Part shown: in pieces, positions 16,326 through 30,306 of the stretch
Position numbering within the stretch: the first letter of the stretch is position 1
Layout: the number at the start of each line of letters is the position of its first letter
Assembly (NCBI RefSeq): GCF_009914755.1
Contig: NC_060947.1
Length of the DNA: 64,000 nt
Reading direction: 5' to 3' (one strand)
Source of the DNA: the human T2T-CHM13v2.0 reference genome, Homo sapiens
Position numbers and translations under genes: made by a program
The notes under the pieces: generated by a model
What the model was told of the DNA's origin: nothing
The model's database searches: none
The model's input: the letters and a program-made list of their open reading frames with translations, nothing else

Positions 16326-17927
16326 TAGTCATAAAAGTTTAAACCTTCAAAATTCAAAGTTTTATTTCTGATAACTATTTTTCTCTTGGGGTGTCTCCTC
16401 TTTCCCTTCTGTATGGTAAATTTCTATGTTATAGTTGTCCTGACCTGTATTCTTAATCTCATAGAATGTTAGACCACATTTCCTGTTACCAAACTCATAA
16501 AATGAGGTTTGCATGGTATGGTTTAAAAATATCTGATGGGACTACTTTAGAGCAAGCATAAATTTTTCCTGAGGGTTTTCATCATTGGCAAATCATTTTT
16601 TGGCATGTGGCTCATTTCTCAGCATTCTGGATGCTAGAGGTTTTTCTCTGTAGCAGCTAAGTGTCATCAGTGAAGACATATGTTTTCACAAAAGTTGAAA
16701 AAAAGAACTTTCTTCCAAGATGGTTTTCATGATCCTGAGGGAAAAATGAGCCTACAGTTAAGGTGCAATTAAAATACAACTACAAGGTTTTTCTAGCTCA
16801 GTAACTGAAGCAGAAGACTTGTTTTTCTCAGAGTATCAGCTGGCATCACAGTGTCAAACATGCCATGGTATTTCCTAGGTGCATGGATAATGTGGTTAGC
16901 TGTGCCCTGGCATCTGGGGAAGGGAAATAATAAAAAATATGAATAGAACGACCCTCTGAATTACAGAAGGGGATGTGTTTCATACCGTGCTTATAAATTG
17001 AAGTCTAATGAATTATATGTAATTAAACTTCAGCCTTTATAAAGAGAGGAAGTATTGGCTTTCTATCATCAACAGATGCTTAATTAACATGTCATGATAA
17101 AGTCTCTAAATGGCTATTTTTATATTTTTTGGGATTACTTTTTACTATGGCACTTTTGCCCCATATATAGAATTGCCAACTGCATCTTTTTATTTGTAGA
17201 ACACAGCTGTTTTTTCAGGTAGCCGATATTTTTTTCAGCCTTAATACAACTAAGCTACTGTAATTTTACTTAGACTTATGAGCAAAATCTTCCAGACAGA
17301 TAAAAACTAATAGGTCTACAAAGGGTTTGGAACGTGAGGGAGAAACTACATATTTGGGAATCAGTCTGTACTTTGCAGGCGTCTGATCTTGGTAAATTCT
17401 TCAGTCTTGGTTAATTTAGGTCCTCCTTTTTAAAATACCAGTTGTAAAATCAGCCACATAGAATCTCTACGAATTTATACTAGGAGAATACACATAAAGC
17501 ATAGAACGTGGTCTCAAAAATTATGCATTTAATAAACTCAGTAATATTTTTAAATGGTAATTCCTTATTACCACTTCTAACATGACTGAGACATGGCCTA
17601 GAAATTTCCGTTTAACAAACTTCCTGTGCAAGTCTAGTTATAGATCATAAGTGATATGTGTCACCCCATGGGGATAGAAATTAACAACGATAATACTAAT
17701 ACATTTTAAAATTATAGATGAATCAAACATCAACATATATTATTTCAGGGCCTTGGAAAATCTAACCTAAGAGAAGTCACATTGCTATAAATGAATGTAA
17801 ATGCCACTGAAATTGCCCACGTCTTTTCTTATAATCAGCAGTTGTGCTTCACAAAAAAGCAAAATGTATACTATGCTTTTCTAGAAGTAGGCTCTATGTT
17901 GAGATTGTCTTAGAAAATCTAAACTCT

Positions 17928-18007
17928 TTAGGCTGAGCCATATAAAATTGCACATATTTGAATGATTTTGACCTGCGCAAATGGCACCTTCTCGTGGTTT
18001 GATCTAA
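17928..18007. mobile_element. MADE2 mariner-derived MITE (80 bp)
   Basis: ttaggctgagccatataaaattgc...ggcaccttctcgtggtttgatctaa; imperfect terminal inverted repeats, 80 bp, followed by TA. Confidence 0.85.
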
Positions 18008-18656
18008 TACCATTTAATCTGTTTTCAAAAAACAACGTAATGGTTTCAGCTCTACTGTCTCCAATATTCCCTATTATACTATTTTAAAAGTACAATAAAA
18101 TAGGCTATGGTAGAGTTGTCTGAGAAACAGTGAATTATAATATATTATGAGCCCATAAGTGTTGGGGGTGTGGATTATTCAATAACATACTGTGTTTTTA
18201 AAATAAATTTCCAAAACTCCACTTGAACAATCTTACATTGCTTTGAAACATCTGGTGCTCAAACATTATTTAAACATATGTATTATAATGGTTAGAAAGC
18301 AATCTAACCACCCAATGGCAGTTTTAAAATTAAAGAGTATTTACAGTCAGATATGAATTCCCTTTTATGTCTGAAAAATTTATTGTAATTCTTATCCATT
18401 CATTTTTCATACTATTTCTTTTTCTCACGGATTCTTCAAGATAGTTTCTTTTCTTTTTTTTCCTACACAGGTAAATCTGAACAATCTATTGCACCACCTA
18501 GTTGTAACCTCTGTTAGGACTCAGCTTGTAAAAGTCTTATTCACAATTCTACCCCAATAGCAAAAGTGGCATATAGTAGATACTCAATAAATATTTCTTG
18601 TAATAAATTATCAAATTAATTATTAATTCTAAAAATTAAATCCAAGTGCTTTCTAC

Positions 18657-21136
18657 TGTGTTAGTCTGTTTTTGCATTCTTATAAAGGAATACCTGAGAC
18701 AGGGTAATTTATAAAGAAAAAGATTTAATTGGCTCATGATTCCACAGGCTGTATAGGAAGCATGATGATAGCATATGCTTGGCTTCTGGGTAGGCCTCAG
18801 GAAACTTACAATCATGGAGGAAGGCAAATGGGGAGTGAGCACTTCCCATGGCCAAAGCACGAGGAAGAGAGAGAGAGGGGAGGTGCCACATAATTTTAAA
18901 GAACAAGATCTCACAAGAACTGATTACTGTGACAACAGCACCAAGGAGGATGGTGTTAAACCATGAGAAACGGCTCCTATAATTCAATTATCTCCCACCA
19001 GGCCTCACCTCTAGCACTAGAAATTACATTTCAACATAAGATTTGGGCAGAGACACAGATCCAAACCATATCATTTCACCCCTGGCACCTATCAAATCTC
19101 ATTTCCTTCTTACATATCCAAATAGTGTCATTCCTTCCCAACAGGCCCCCAAAATCTTACCTCATTTCAGCATTAACTAAGAAGTCCACAGTCCAAAGTC
19201 TCATCTGAGAAAAGGCTGGTCCCTTCCACCTATGAGCCTGGAATTTTTTAAACAAAAACAAACAAACAACAACAACAAAAAACAAGTTAGTTGCTTCCAA
19301 GGTTCAAAAGGGTATGGGCATTGGGTAAATACTCCTATTCCAAAAGGGAGAAATCAGCCAAAAGAAAGGGGCTGCAGGCACTATGCAAATTCAAAATCTA
19401 GCTGATCAGTCATTAAATCTTAAAGTTTCAAAATATTCTCCTTTGACTCCATGTCATACATCCAGGACACATTGATGCAAGTGGTGGTCTCTCAAGCCTT
19501 GGGAAGCTCTGCTCCTATGGCTTTCCAGGGTTCAGACCTTGAAGCTGCTCTCATGGGCTGGTGTTTCAGTGTTTGTGGCTTTTCCAGGTGCAGAGTGCAA
19601 GCTGTTGATGGATCTACTATTCTGGGGTATGGAGGATAGTGGCCCTCTTCTTACAGCTTCACTAGGCAGTGCCCTAGTAGGGACTCCGTAGAGGGGTTCC
19701 AACCGAAATTTTCCCTCTTCACTGCCCTAGTAGAGGTTCTCTGTGAGGGCTCCACCCCTGTAGCAAGCTTCTGCCTGGATATCCAGGCTTTTCCATACAT
19801 CCTCTGAAATCTAAGCAAAGGATCCCAAGCCTCAACTCTTGCAATCTATACACCCAAAGGCTTTACAACACATGGAAGCTACCAAGGTTATGGCTTGCAT
19901 TCTCTGAAGTAACAGCCAGAGCTGTACCTGGGCCCCTTTTAGTCATGGCTGGAGCTGGAGCACGTGTGATGCAAGGAGCAGTGTACCAAGGCTGTGCAGT
20001 GCTGCAGGGCCATGGGGCTGGCCCAGGAAATCATTCAGTCCTCCTAGCCCTCTGGGCCTGTGATGGGAGGGGCTGGTGCAAAGGTCTCTGAAATGTCTTT
20101 GAGTCCTTCTCCCCATTATCTTACCTATTGACACTTGGCTCCTTTTTACTTATGCAAATTTCTGCAGCCTTCTTGAATTCCTCCTCTGAAATTTGGCTCT
20201 TTTTTTTGCCACATAGACAGGCTGCAAATTTTCTAAATTTTTATGCTGTTTCCCTTTTAAATATAAGCTACAGTTTTATGTCATTTCTTTGCTCATGCAT
20301 ATAAGCATATGCTTTTAGAAGCAGACAGGTTAATTCTTGAATGCTTTACTGCTTAGAAATTTCTTCTGCCAGATACCTTAAGTCATCACTCTCAAGTTCA
20401 AAGTTCCACAGATCCCTGGAACAGGGGCATAATGCAGCCAGGCTCTTGACTAAAGCATAGCAAAAGTGACCCTACTCCAGTTCCCAATAAGTTTATCATT
20501 TCCATCTGACACCTCCTCAGACTAAACTTCACTGTCCATGTCAATATCAGGATTTTGGTCACAACTAAGTTTCTAGGAAGTTCCAAACTTCCCCTCATCT
20601 TCTTATCTTCTGATTCCTCCATACTCTTCCAGCCTCTGCCCATTACCAAGTTCCAAAGCCAATTCCATATTTTTAGGTATCTTTATGGCAATGCTCCCCT
20701 CCCAGTACCAATTTTCTGTGTTAGTACATTCTCACGCTACTATAAAGGAATACCTGAAACTGGGTAACTCATTTTAAAAATAGATTTAATTGGCTCATGG
20801 TTCCACAGGCAGTTCAGGAAGCATGATGCTAACATCTACCCAGCTTCTGGGGAGGCCTCAGGAAATTTACAATCATAGTGGAAGGTAAATGGGGGGTGAG
20901 CCCTTTATATGGTTAGAGCAAGAGGAAGAGAGAGATGGGGACAGTGCCACACACTTTTAAACAACCTGATCTCAGGAGAACTCACTATCATGATGACAGC
21001 ACCAAGGTGGGAATGGTGTTAAACCATGAGAAACAGCCCCCATAATACAATCACCTCCCACCAGGTCCCACCTCCAGCATTGGGAATTACATTTCAACAT
21101 GAGATCTGGACATGGACACAGATCAAAACCATATCA
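18657..21136 (-). mobile_element. Two-LTR MSTA element: LTRs 18657-19073 and 20717-21136, internal 19074-20716
   Basis: Both LTRs run tgtgttagt...accatatca; MST internal region between them; CTAC on both flanks. Confidence 0.95.
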
Positions 21137-23389
21137 CTACCATTAGATTTATATTAAAAAGTTAGAACACTACAGATATGGCATAATATTGATACTATGG
21201 AGATAAATAGGTAGAAAAAGTGTCAAGATGATCTAAATATTTTAATTACCTCTACTCCACCTGTGGGCTATTATGTCAATTATAAACAATTACTCTTTGC
21301 AACTGCATTAAAAAAATCTTCACTTTTATCAAAGGCAGGCTTATCTTCATTAACAAATAAAATAACAGTAACTTTAGTTTGCTCTGCTCATTTTACCATA
21401 AAACCCAGCTCATCATAACTTGTCAGAGGAAATATTCACTCCCATTTTTTTGAAAGTTATTTTATAGTTATGTTTTCATGTTTACTGAGGAGTAATTAAA
21501 GGTTTAGATACTATGACTACATTACACATTAGAAAACATGAGTCAGGTAAATTATGAGATATACCAATATCATTTTTAAATCTCTAAGGAAATTTTAGTT
21601 TTACTATCCCCCTTAAAAACTGTTGTCTTAAATTTAAAAAAATTTATTTCTTAATGATGAACAAAATTTAAATAAATTAAATGCTATTTATTTTCACCAA
21701 TCAACTCAGGTTTTTTCTTGTCAGTTTTTCAGGCCACAGCATGTTTATTTGCTAAATAATATGAACTCATTGGAATTGGAGTCTGAGGCTGTTAACTTTC
21801 AAAACCTCTCTTATAGGAGACAAGTTCAATCAGTCTAAAAAGCACAATGAGGCATGAAATCATTATGTTGCATTATGCAGCAATATAATTTATTTCTTGA
21901 AACACCTAAAAATGAATAAGCACATTTTAGAGGAATGAGAACATATATTCTACAGGGTAGGCTGAGATGAATTCAGCATGAAAAAGTTTCAAAATCCTAC
22001 TGGGATGTATGTTTAGATAGTTTGGGTGTAAAGTTTATGATGACATGGAGGAATAAAGTATACTATGTGGAAGGTAACCAAAACAGAATTCCAAAAGGAA
22101 GAAGATGAGAATTAAAATTAATTACCTCTGTTGCACTCTGTCTCTCATATAAGCAGATCAATGTGATTACCATTTTATGTTTAATAATCCATATTTTCAA
22201 ATTGTGGAGAGTTAAAAAATGTGACTTCTTGTTCTTCTTCCTAGTTTCTTTACACTACTCTCCAGATCCTTTACTAAAAGAGCAAAAATAAGACAAAGAT
22301 AATTCACTTTTGGTACTGAAGGGGCCAGAACATGTACTATGGAGTGCAGTTTTAGGTCTCAAGGAGACCGTATTGGCATAGATAAAGCTCAATAAAATGA
22401 GAAGGAGGGAGAAAAATGGTGATGAGAAGTACCCATTTCAGAAAGCATTGAAAATGAGCTCTAGTGCCTTCATTGTGTCTAATACAATGTCTTGAATATT
22501 GGTGTCACCAAGAGGCCCATGGAAGATGTGCAATAAGAAGTAGTGGATTGATATTGTATGTGTTGTTGATTTAAGAATAAACTAGAAATGAGGTAAATAC
22601 AGCTGAGTGTGATTAGTCTACAGCAGCAATTGAAAATGTGTAAATTCAAAGACAGCATGCCAAATCAGTTTCTCCATAGGACATAGCACAGAGACTAATG
22701 GGATTTGTTCCAACTAAAGCCTTTTGAAACATGTCTTGAAGCCAAATCTTATGTCTAAACAAGTTTTACAGTTCTATCTTTCCCTGTGGAAATATTTCCA
22801 CTGAATTAAAACACAATCATGCTTGATGTTGTATCAAGATTAAACCACAATTTCAGCCTCTTGCTGGACAGCTGATTTTATTTCTCACACACTTATTTGA
22901 ATTGGCAAGTCCAACAAACAACTGAGTTGAAGAGACCTGCCTGCAAAATTCATGAGGGAGCCTTCTGAAGTTTGCTCCTTCACTTTTCTATATCAAAGCC
23001 AATTGTTTTCACAGGAAAATGAAGTTTATTTAGGGCATCAAAATATGTAATAGGAGGGGTTTGTATCTTGCCTCAGGAAAAATTGTCAGTTATATCAGAT
23101 CACCTTATTTGTCCTTATTTCAACCTACTTTCCTGATAATAATCGTTCCTCTGTAAGTTAGAATTACCTTTCTTGCTCTCACAAAGTATTTATCACAACA
23201 TTTTAATAGAGGCATTTTAAATCATGTGTTCAGGTAACCTACAGTTTAGGAATTCATAGCATCATTAATGTTTAAAAGTCTAGCATGAGTTTCTTGATGA
23301 TCCTAAATGATTTTTCTTTGGTTTTCATTCTCTTGCAAAAATAATAAAACCTGCTCAAAATAATAATTCCACCAAATATGAAAATATTA

Positions 23390-23497
23390 ATTAAATATAC
23401 ATAGTGAGATAAGTTATATGAATGCATACTATATATAACATATAAATATGATATATTTAGTATATATACATGTATGCACATGCTATACATATATATG
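23390..23497. repeat. TA-rich low-complexity tract
   Basis: Degenerate (TA)/(TATG) runs. Confidence 0.65.
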
Positions 23498-24837
23498 AAA
23501 GCTCCACTATGTGAAAAATCCATTTCTAGGTATCTTAAACAAAATTAAAACACATGATAAAGGCTGCCTCTTTCCCAAAGAAGTTTAAAATTTATGTCAA
23601 ATGTACATAAACAGTTAAATTGATAATTATGTGCAAGGGCAGTATGAATGATAACAGTAATATATTAATGGAAGAGTTCACATGCTTTTCTTTATAAACT
23701 ATCTTTGCTTATTTCTACAGCCATGAAAATATTGGTAACAGACACCCCGTCCTTAGAAAAATGCAATGGCCATGAATATCTTGTAGGACATTTCTCATTT
23801 TATTTAACAAGAACAAAAAAAAGCAAATTAAAATAAAGACATATTTTATTTCACATCCTAACTAATGTAAAACCTTTTCAATGACCCCATAATTTGGGTA
23901 AAAATAGGCAATCTGCTCCTTTACAGAAGTTTTAATTACTATGGCAGTCCTAATCTTTATTTTTAAATCTCAAAACTCACAAAGGACTCTCTAAAAAGAG
24001 AGAGTCTTACTCCTGTCAGATGATTTAGTGTGTAGGTTTCTATAAACTCCTACAAGAAGTCAGCATCAATGACAAGAGAAGAAACATTTCTTCATGAAGT
24101 ATGTTGATTCTAAGAAAAGCCAATCATAAAGATGATTGGGGACACAGACTTAGAGGAAAAGAGCCATCCATGAGGGAACAAGTCATTAAGACTGTTCTTA
24201 TTACTTGGGCAGTTCAGGGATTGTGCATCCAAATTGGCCATCAGGTGAGTGAAGACTTGTTCACTAATTAGACCCTAATTTGTAGGGCACTGATCTGAGG
24301 AAGCATAAATGAATCATCAACAAATACTTTTGCCACACTTGTGTGCTTTATCCTCACAAAGAACAGGTAAATTTTCCCAAAGTAAAATATAATATTATTA
24401 GAGAAGGGATGAAAATGGAAATCAAATAGAATAATACCCCTTGATATATGTATAGTACACAACATGTAGTTACTTTAGGATGCCATTTTTTTCCCTCTGA
24501 GAACTATCAAACTTATAAAACCAAGGTTTCTAACATACTTTTTTCAGAGGAAAATCTAGTTTTCAATTTATCAAAGGGAAAAAAAGTGCTTGTAAGTGGA
24601 GAAGGGGATGTAATTGCTGTAAATAAATTGGGAGCTCATTGAGGGAAGGCATACTGAACTGACATTGTCCTGAGTCAACTGGTTATGGTAAAGGCAAAGG
24701 ACCAGGGAGAAGAATGTGACGGCAGGAAGCTGTGGCTGTGTCACCTGGTATAACCTGATCTGCCTTAACAACAACAGCAACAACCAAAACAGTGACCAGA
24801 AGTAACTACTGAAAGTACAAATTATGGAGAGAATTCA

Positions 24838-25143
24838 GGATGTTCCCTAATCCAATATGACTAATATCTTTATATACATAAAAGTTTGGAGATAGAGTTG
24901 CATACAGGTAGAAAATCATGTGAAGATAAAGTCAGAGATCAAGATGATACTTTTACATGCCATAGAATTCCAAATATTTCCAATCAATTACCAGAAGAGA
25001 GAAGAGGATCATGGATTAGAAACTTCCTCACAATCTTCAGAAGGAACGAATCTTGCCAGAACCTTGACCTCAGACTGTAGCATCCAAGATTGTGAGAAAA
25101 TAAATTTTGTTGTTTAATCCACCCATTTTGTGGAAAACTAATA
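24838..25143 (+). mobile_element. MLT1B-like MaLR LTR, 5'-truncated
   Basis: ccctaatccaatatgact...catgtgaagat...cttcagaaggaac...gtgagaaaataaattttgttgtttaa. Confidence 0.85.
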
Positions 25144-25287
25144 AAGAGCCCTAGACTTTTTGGATCTTTAAATTAAAAAGACTCGCTCCAGTTTCCCACT
25201 CATCAAACTCAACAACGGGGGTAGGGTAGTTTTCCTAAAATGCATTTTTATTTTTATATTTCTTTGTAAACTGTATTGCAAATGAGA

Positions 25288-25670
25288 GCATTTGTTCAAC
25301 AAATACTGATGAATGCTTTCTAGTGACAGATTCTGTTTCAGGCAATGTTACCAAATATGGCTGGAAATAAGACAGGCAAGTGTTCACACTTTGGAGCTTA
25401 CAGAATATTTGGAGAAGGTAATAAACAAATGAACAAATATGATAAAATAAAGTAAACTAGAAACTAGAGAGCACCAACAGAATGGGAACTATTTCTGTGA
25501 TTTGTACAGAGAAATTCTTTGTGAGAAGTAGTCATTTGAGAGAACTGAGTAAAATAGGAAGCAAGACATGCTACTGTCTAGATGAGCAGAAGGGATAAAC
25601 ACATAACCTCAAGTGTATCATTACCTTGTCTTGGGAAGTGAGTGCATGGTGAGGTGATAGAAAAGGGCTA
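25288..25670 (-). mobile_element. L2 remnant
   Basis: catttgttcaacaaatact...aataagacaggc...tggagcttaca. Confidence 0.7.
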
Positions 25671-25949
25671 TTGAAAGTATAGTTTTATAAATACTTATCT
25701 GGATGAATTAGCACACCGAGAGGTTCTTTTATTCACTTATTGTCTGTAATATATCAGAGTGCTTGTACTAATCAGAATGAAAGTACAAGGAGGCCTAAAA
25801 AATAAAATGCCTGAATTAATAGACAAATGATGTTATTCAGAGCATTGTCAATATTTTGTAAAGTATTGGATTTCATTAGAATTTTGACAAAATAGCAGAC
25901 ATAAACTAGTGAAAGCATACCTGGAAGAAATATATAAAATCCACAGAGA

Positions 25950-28350
25950 TGAGCAAGATGAAGGAGCAGGATGCCCCACAATTATATATGGGCCAAAATG
26001 CTTTTGTGATAACTCAGTAATCTGTTTAAGAAGTTTTAGTACTCTAGTTGAGCACATAACTAAAATCAGCCACAACTGAGAACAAACATTGGTAGAAATA
26101 ACAATTTCATTTTACCAGAGCCAGCTCCTCTCACAACCCTGCACAGTTTAGCACCTAGAGACATTGCCTCAGCCCACAACATTTCCCGTGGGGGAAAAGA
26201 GAGTGTTGGTCATGGGTACAACATCTCAGCCTTTTAGTTCACTGTCAGATGGCTCAGTTTATAGCTTGCCTCACATAGAGCACAGACAGAATTGGCGTAG
26301 TTTGGATGCTTAGAAGCAGTTAAGAACAAAGAAAATTGAGCTGGTGGATTGCTGCATCCAGCAAAATTCCTGAGACTAAGAGAAGACACAGAAGTTCAGG
26401 CTTCTCCCCCAGGAGAGAAAAAGAGGAGTGGAACATATCTTTAATGCATCAGACTTCCAGTGTGGTAAGGGGCTAGATTTTACCTTGCCTCACTCAGAGT
26501 GCTGATGGAACCGGCGTAATTTGTGGGAACAGGTAAGAGCAATGAAAAAGGGGTGGGCACCTTGCTGCAGCCACTATGCCTCTGCAAGAGTGGGAAAAGA
26601 GAAATAACTTGAGGCTTCTCCACAGAGAAGGGGGGAAAGGAGAGGCATGTGCTTCCAACATCCCAGAATACAGTACATAAGTCAGACTCCAGAGGAAGAA
26701 GGAGATTACAGGCTCCTGACAAAAGGAAAACTAAATAATTCATCTAAGTAGAAATCTACATAAAAAATTCCAGAGCTAACACATATGTAGAAAAGGTTTG
26801 AGATGCTTCCAGAATCTCCATACGGCTAATTGGTCAATGACTTTCCTGTTAAAACCAGTTTGTAGTGACTGAAAGAAGTGGCTGTTTATTCAAGCCTTTG
26901 ACAGACATAAAAGCAAAATTATAAAAACATGGAGAATTGGAAAAACAGAACACAGTAAAAGGTACAAAATATGTCTCCCAAAACAGACTTAAAAAAATGG
27001 AGATCTATGAATTGTCTCATTATAAATTCAAAATAATCATCTTAAAGAGGCTCAGTGTATTACAAGATAACACAGATAACTAAATAAAATCAGAAAAAAT
27101 ATAAATCAACAAATTCAGAATATTGAGAAAGAGATAGCAACTATGAAAATACTGAACAAATTATGGAGCTAAAGAATAAAATAACTGAACCAAAAAAACT
27201 CACTAGAAAGCTTTAACAGCAGACTTAATCAAACATAACAAAGGATTAGCAAAGTTGAAGGTAGGTCACTTGAAGTTATTTATTAGGAGGAGGAAAATTT
27301 TAAAAATAAAGTATCTAAAAGGGTCATGAAACGCTTCTGATTGTACAGGATACTATTAAGTTAACCAACATAGGCATTATGGGAGTTACAGAGGAGAAGA
27401 GAGAGAGAAAGGGGTAGAAAGTTTATATAAAGAAATAATTGCCAAAAAATTTACAAATCTGGAGATAGAAATGACAATAAAGACTCATGAAGCCCAAAGA
27501 ATCCCAGAAAGAATGAACACAAAGCAGTGTAGACTGAGAAACTTTATAGTCAAATTTTCAAAAGTCAAAAGCAGGCAAAAATATGAAAATAGCAAGAGAA
27601 AAGTGATCCATTATATACAAGGGAATGATTATAAGACTGTTAGTGGATTTCACAGCAGAAGCTTTGGAAGCCAGAAAGGACTGAGATGATATATGCAAAT
27701 AGCTGAAATTTAAAAAACGACAGAACAATTATATACTCTAAAAAAAGTCCTTAAAAATGAGAGATACTTACCAAAACAAACAAAAACTAAGAAATTTATA
27801 ACCCCTACCTCAAAAAAATGCTAAAGAGGGCTCTTCAAGTGGAAACAAAATAATTTAAAAATGCAAGATGAAAGTTGGTATAAGTAATAACTCATGATAA
27901 ATGTAAACATATAGACAAATATGGAATACTGCAATACTGTTATGTCTAGTTGTGAAACAGTTTTCATTCTAGTATAAAAGTTAAAACACAAAATGTTAAG
28001 GATAAATATAACTATAAAACATATGTTAATGAATAAACAATATGGAAAGATGTAAAGTATGACATAAATAACATGAAATTAGTGTGGGGGACAAAAGTGT
28101 AGTTACATGTGGTTGAAGTTGTTACTATCTTAAAATAGACTTACAACTAAAAGATGCTTTACATAATTGTAATCGTAACTGCAAAGAAAATATCTATAGA
28201 AGATACACAAAAGAGAAAGAAACCAAAGCATATTGGAACAAAACATAAATTTACAAATGAAGCACAAGAGAAAAATAGGATAAAGCACTGAAAAGACAAA
28301 CAGAAAGCAATTAATGAAATGAGTTTTTACCTATCAATAAACTCTTTAAA
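25950..28350 (+). mobile_element. L1M 5' portion: 5'UTR, decayed ORF1 (~26930-27850), inter-ORF spacer, start of ORF2
   Basis: ORF 27471-27689 (HEAQRIPERMNTKQCRLRNFIVKFSKVK) resembles L1 ORF1p; the sense strand is A-rich. Confidence 0.82.
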
Positions 28351-29035
28351 CAGCACTGTTTACAATGGCTAAGATTTGAAAGCAAGCGAAGTATCCATCA
28401 ACAGATGAATGGATAAAGAAAATGTGGTACATGTACACAATGGAGTACTATTCTGCCATAAAAGGATGAGATCCAGTCATTTGCAATGACATGGATGGAA
28501 CTGGACATCATTATGTTAAGTGAAATAAGCCAGACACAGAAAAACAAACTTCACATGTTCTCTCTTATTTGTAGGATCTAAAAATCAAAACAATTAAACT
28601 CGTGGACATAGAGAGTAGAAGAATGGTTACCAGAGGCTGGCATTGGTATTGTGGGGCTGGAGGTATTGTGTATTGTGCGGTATTGTGGGGAGGTATATTG
28701 TGGGGCTGTATTGTGTATTGTGGGACTGGAGGGGAGGTGGGGATAATTAATGTGTATAAAAGAATAGTTGGAAAAAATGAATAAGACCTTCTATATGACA
28801 GCACGGCAGCGTGACTGTAGTTAAAAATAACTTAACTGTACATTTAAAAATAACTTAAAGAGTGTAATTAGATTGCAATTCAATGGATAAATGCTTGAGT
28901 GGATAGATAACCCATTCTTCATGATGTGCTTATTTCACATTGCAAGCCTGTATCAGAATATTCCATGCACCCCATGAATGTGTACACCTACTATGTACCA
29001 TCAACATTTTAAAAAAAATTTTAAAAATAAAAATA
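28351..29035 (+). mobile_element. L1MA (L1MA2-4-like) 3' end
   Basis: cagcactgtttacaat...catagagagtagaagaatggttaccagaggctgg...acacctactatgtacc plus an A-rich tail. Confidence 0.92.
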
Positions 29036-29059
29036 GATGCATTATTTTAAAAAGGCTAG

Positions 29060-29400
29060 CCATTCAGTCCTCATTCAGGGGACAAAATTAGGGCCTAGGT
29101 TAGAGTAGAGAGGACAGGAGGAAGGAATGGATTAAGGTGATTTTTAGATAGAATTTAATGTACTTGTTGACTGATGGAACATAGACTATGAGGGAGGAAT
29201 GACTGAAAGTGTTCCAACATAGGCGTCTGAATAGATGGGGATGTTGTAAATCAGGGCAGAGGCAGAGGGTATGAGGAGGTCTGCAATAAAGCACATAAGG
29301 GAAAATGAGTACTTGGTTGTATTTGTGTTGAATTGGAAGTGCCTATGGGCCATATAGGTCATGAGATGGCCTAGTCTTAAGTCAGACATATACGATAGTC
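29060..29400 (-). mobile_element. L2 remnant
   Basis: Purine-rich gaatggattaag...tgagtacttggttgtatttgtgttgaattggaagtgcctatgggccat. Confidence 0.6.
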
Positions 29401-29491
29401 AGGGCCCAGCAACAGCAATCCTCAAGTAGACTATGGGCCAAATGGTATTGAAATATGGGCCTGAAACTCTTGCTGCCTTTTGAAACCCTGC

Positions 29492-29805
<314 letters not shown>

Positions 29806-30286
29806 GAAACCCTACTTTTATGGTCAAACACATTGAGAGCTAAAACAGCTATATTAGAAATGGAATTTGGGGACATAATATATTTAAAATTTGGGATCAG
29901 CATATATTTGGATTTTTAGTTGACTATTGAAATTGTATTGAGAGTGGTATAAACATGCAGTACTTTCAGAAATTGTGGTAATTACCGTCATAATAATAAG
30001 AAAGCCATACTGCAAAGATACAGCACAAAAGGGGCTTTAGAATTTGCCTCTACCTCATTCCTCAATGTCTTCTCTCTCTCTCTGGATTTTTACCCAAATA
30101 AAGAGAATCACATGTTTACTTCAATATTTTTCCTGTTTGATGCCTGTACTCATGGGAGAACAGAAATGTTTTCATATGCCTTGTGTGCAGTGGGATTATC
30201 CCCTATGCCCTGAAAATATTTGAACAATGTATTGAGCCAGGAGATCTATACCTCCCCTGCTGTATGGGCACATTTGTGCATGCACG

Positions 30287-30306
30287 CACACACACACACA
30301 CACACT
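30287..30306. repeat. (CA)n microsatellite
   Basis: Read directly. Confidence 0.85.

Noticed and set aside
22786-22801. 16-bp perfect palindrome GTGGAAATATTTCCAC and nearby p53-like half sites
   Set aside because: About one such palindrome is expected by chance in 64 kb, and the half sites (22728, 22757) are too far apart for a canonical element.
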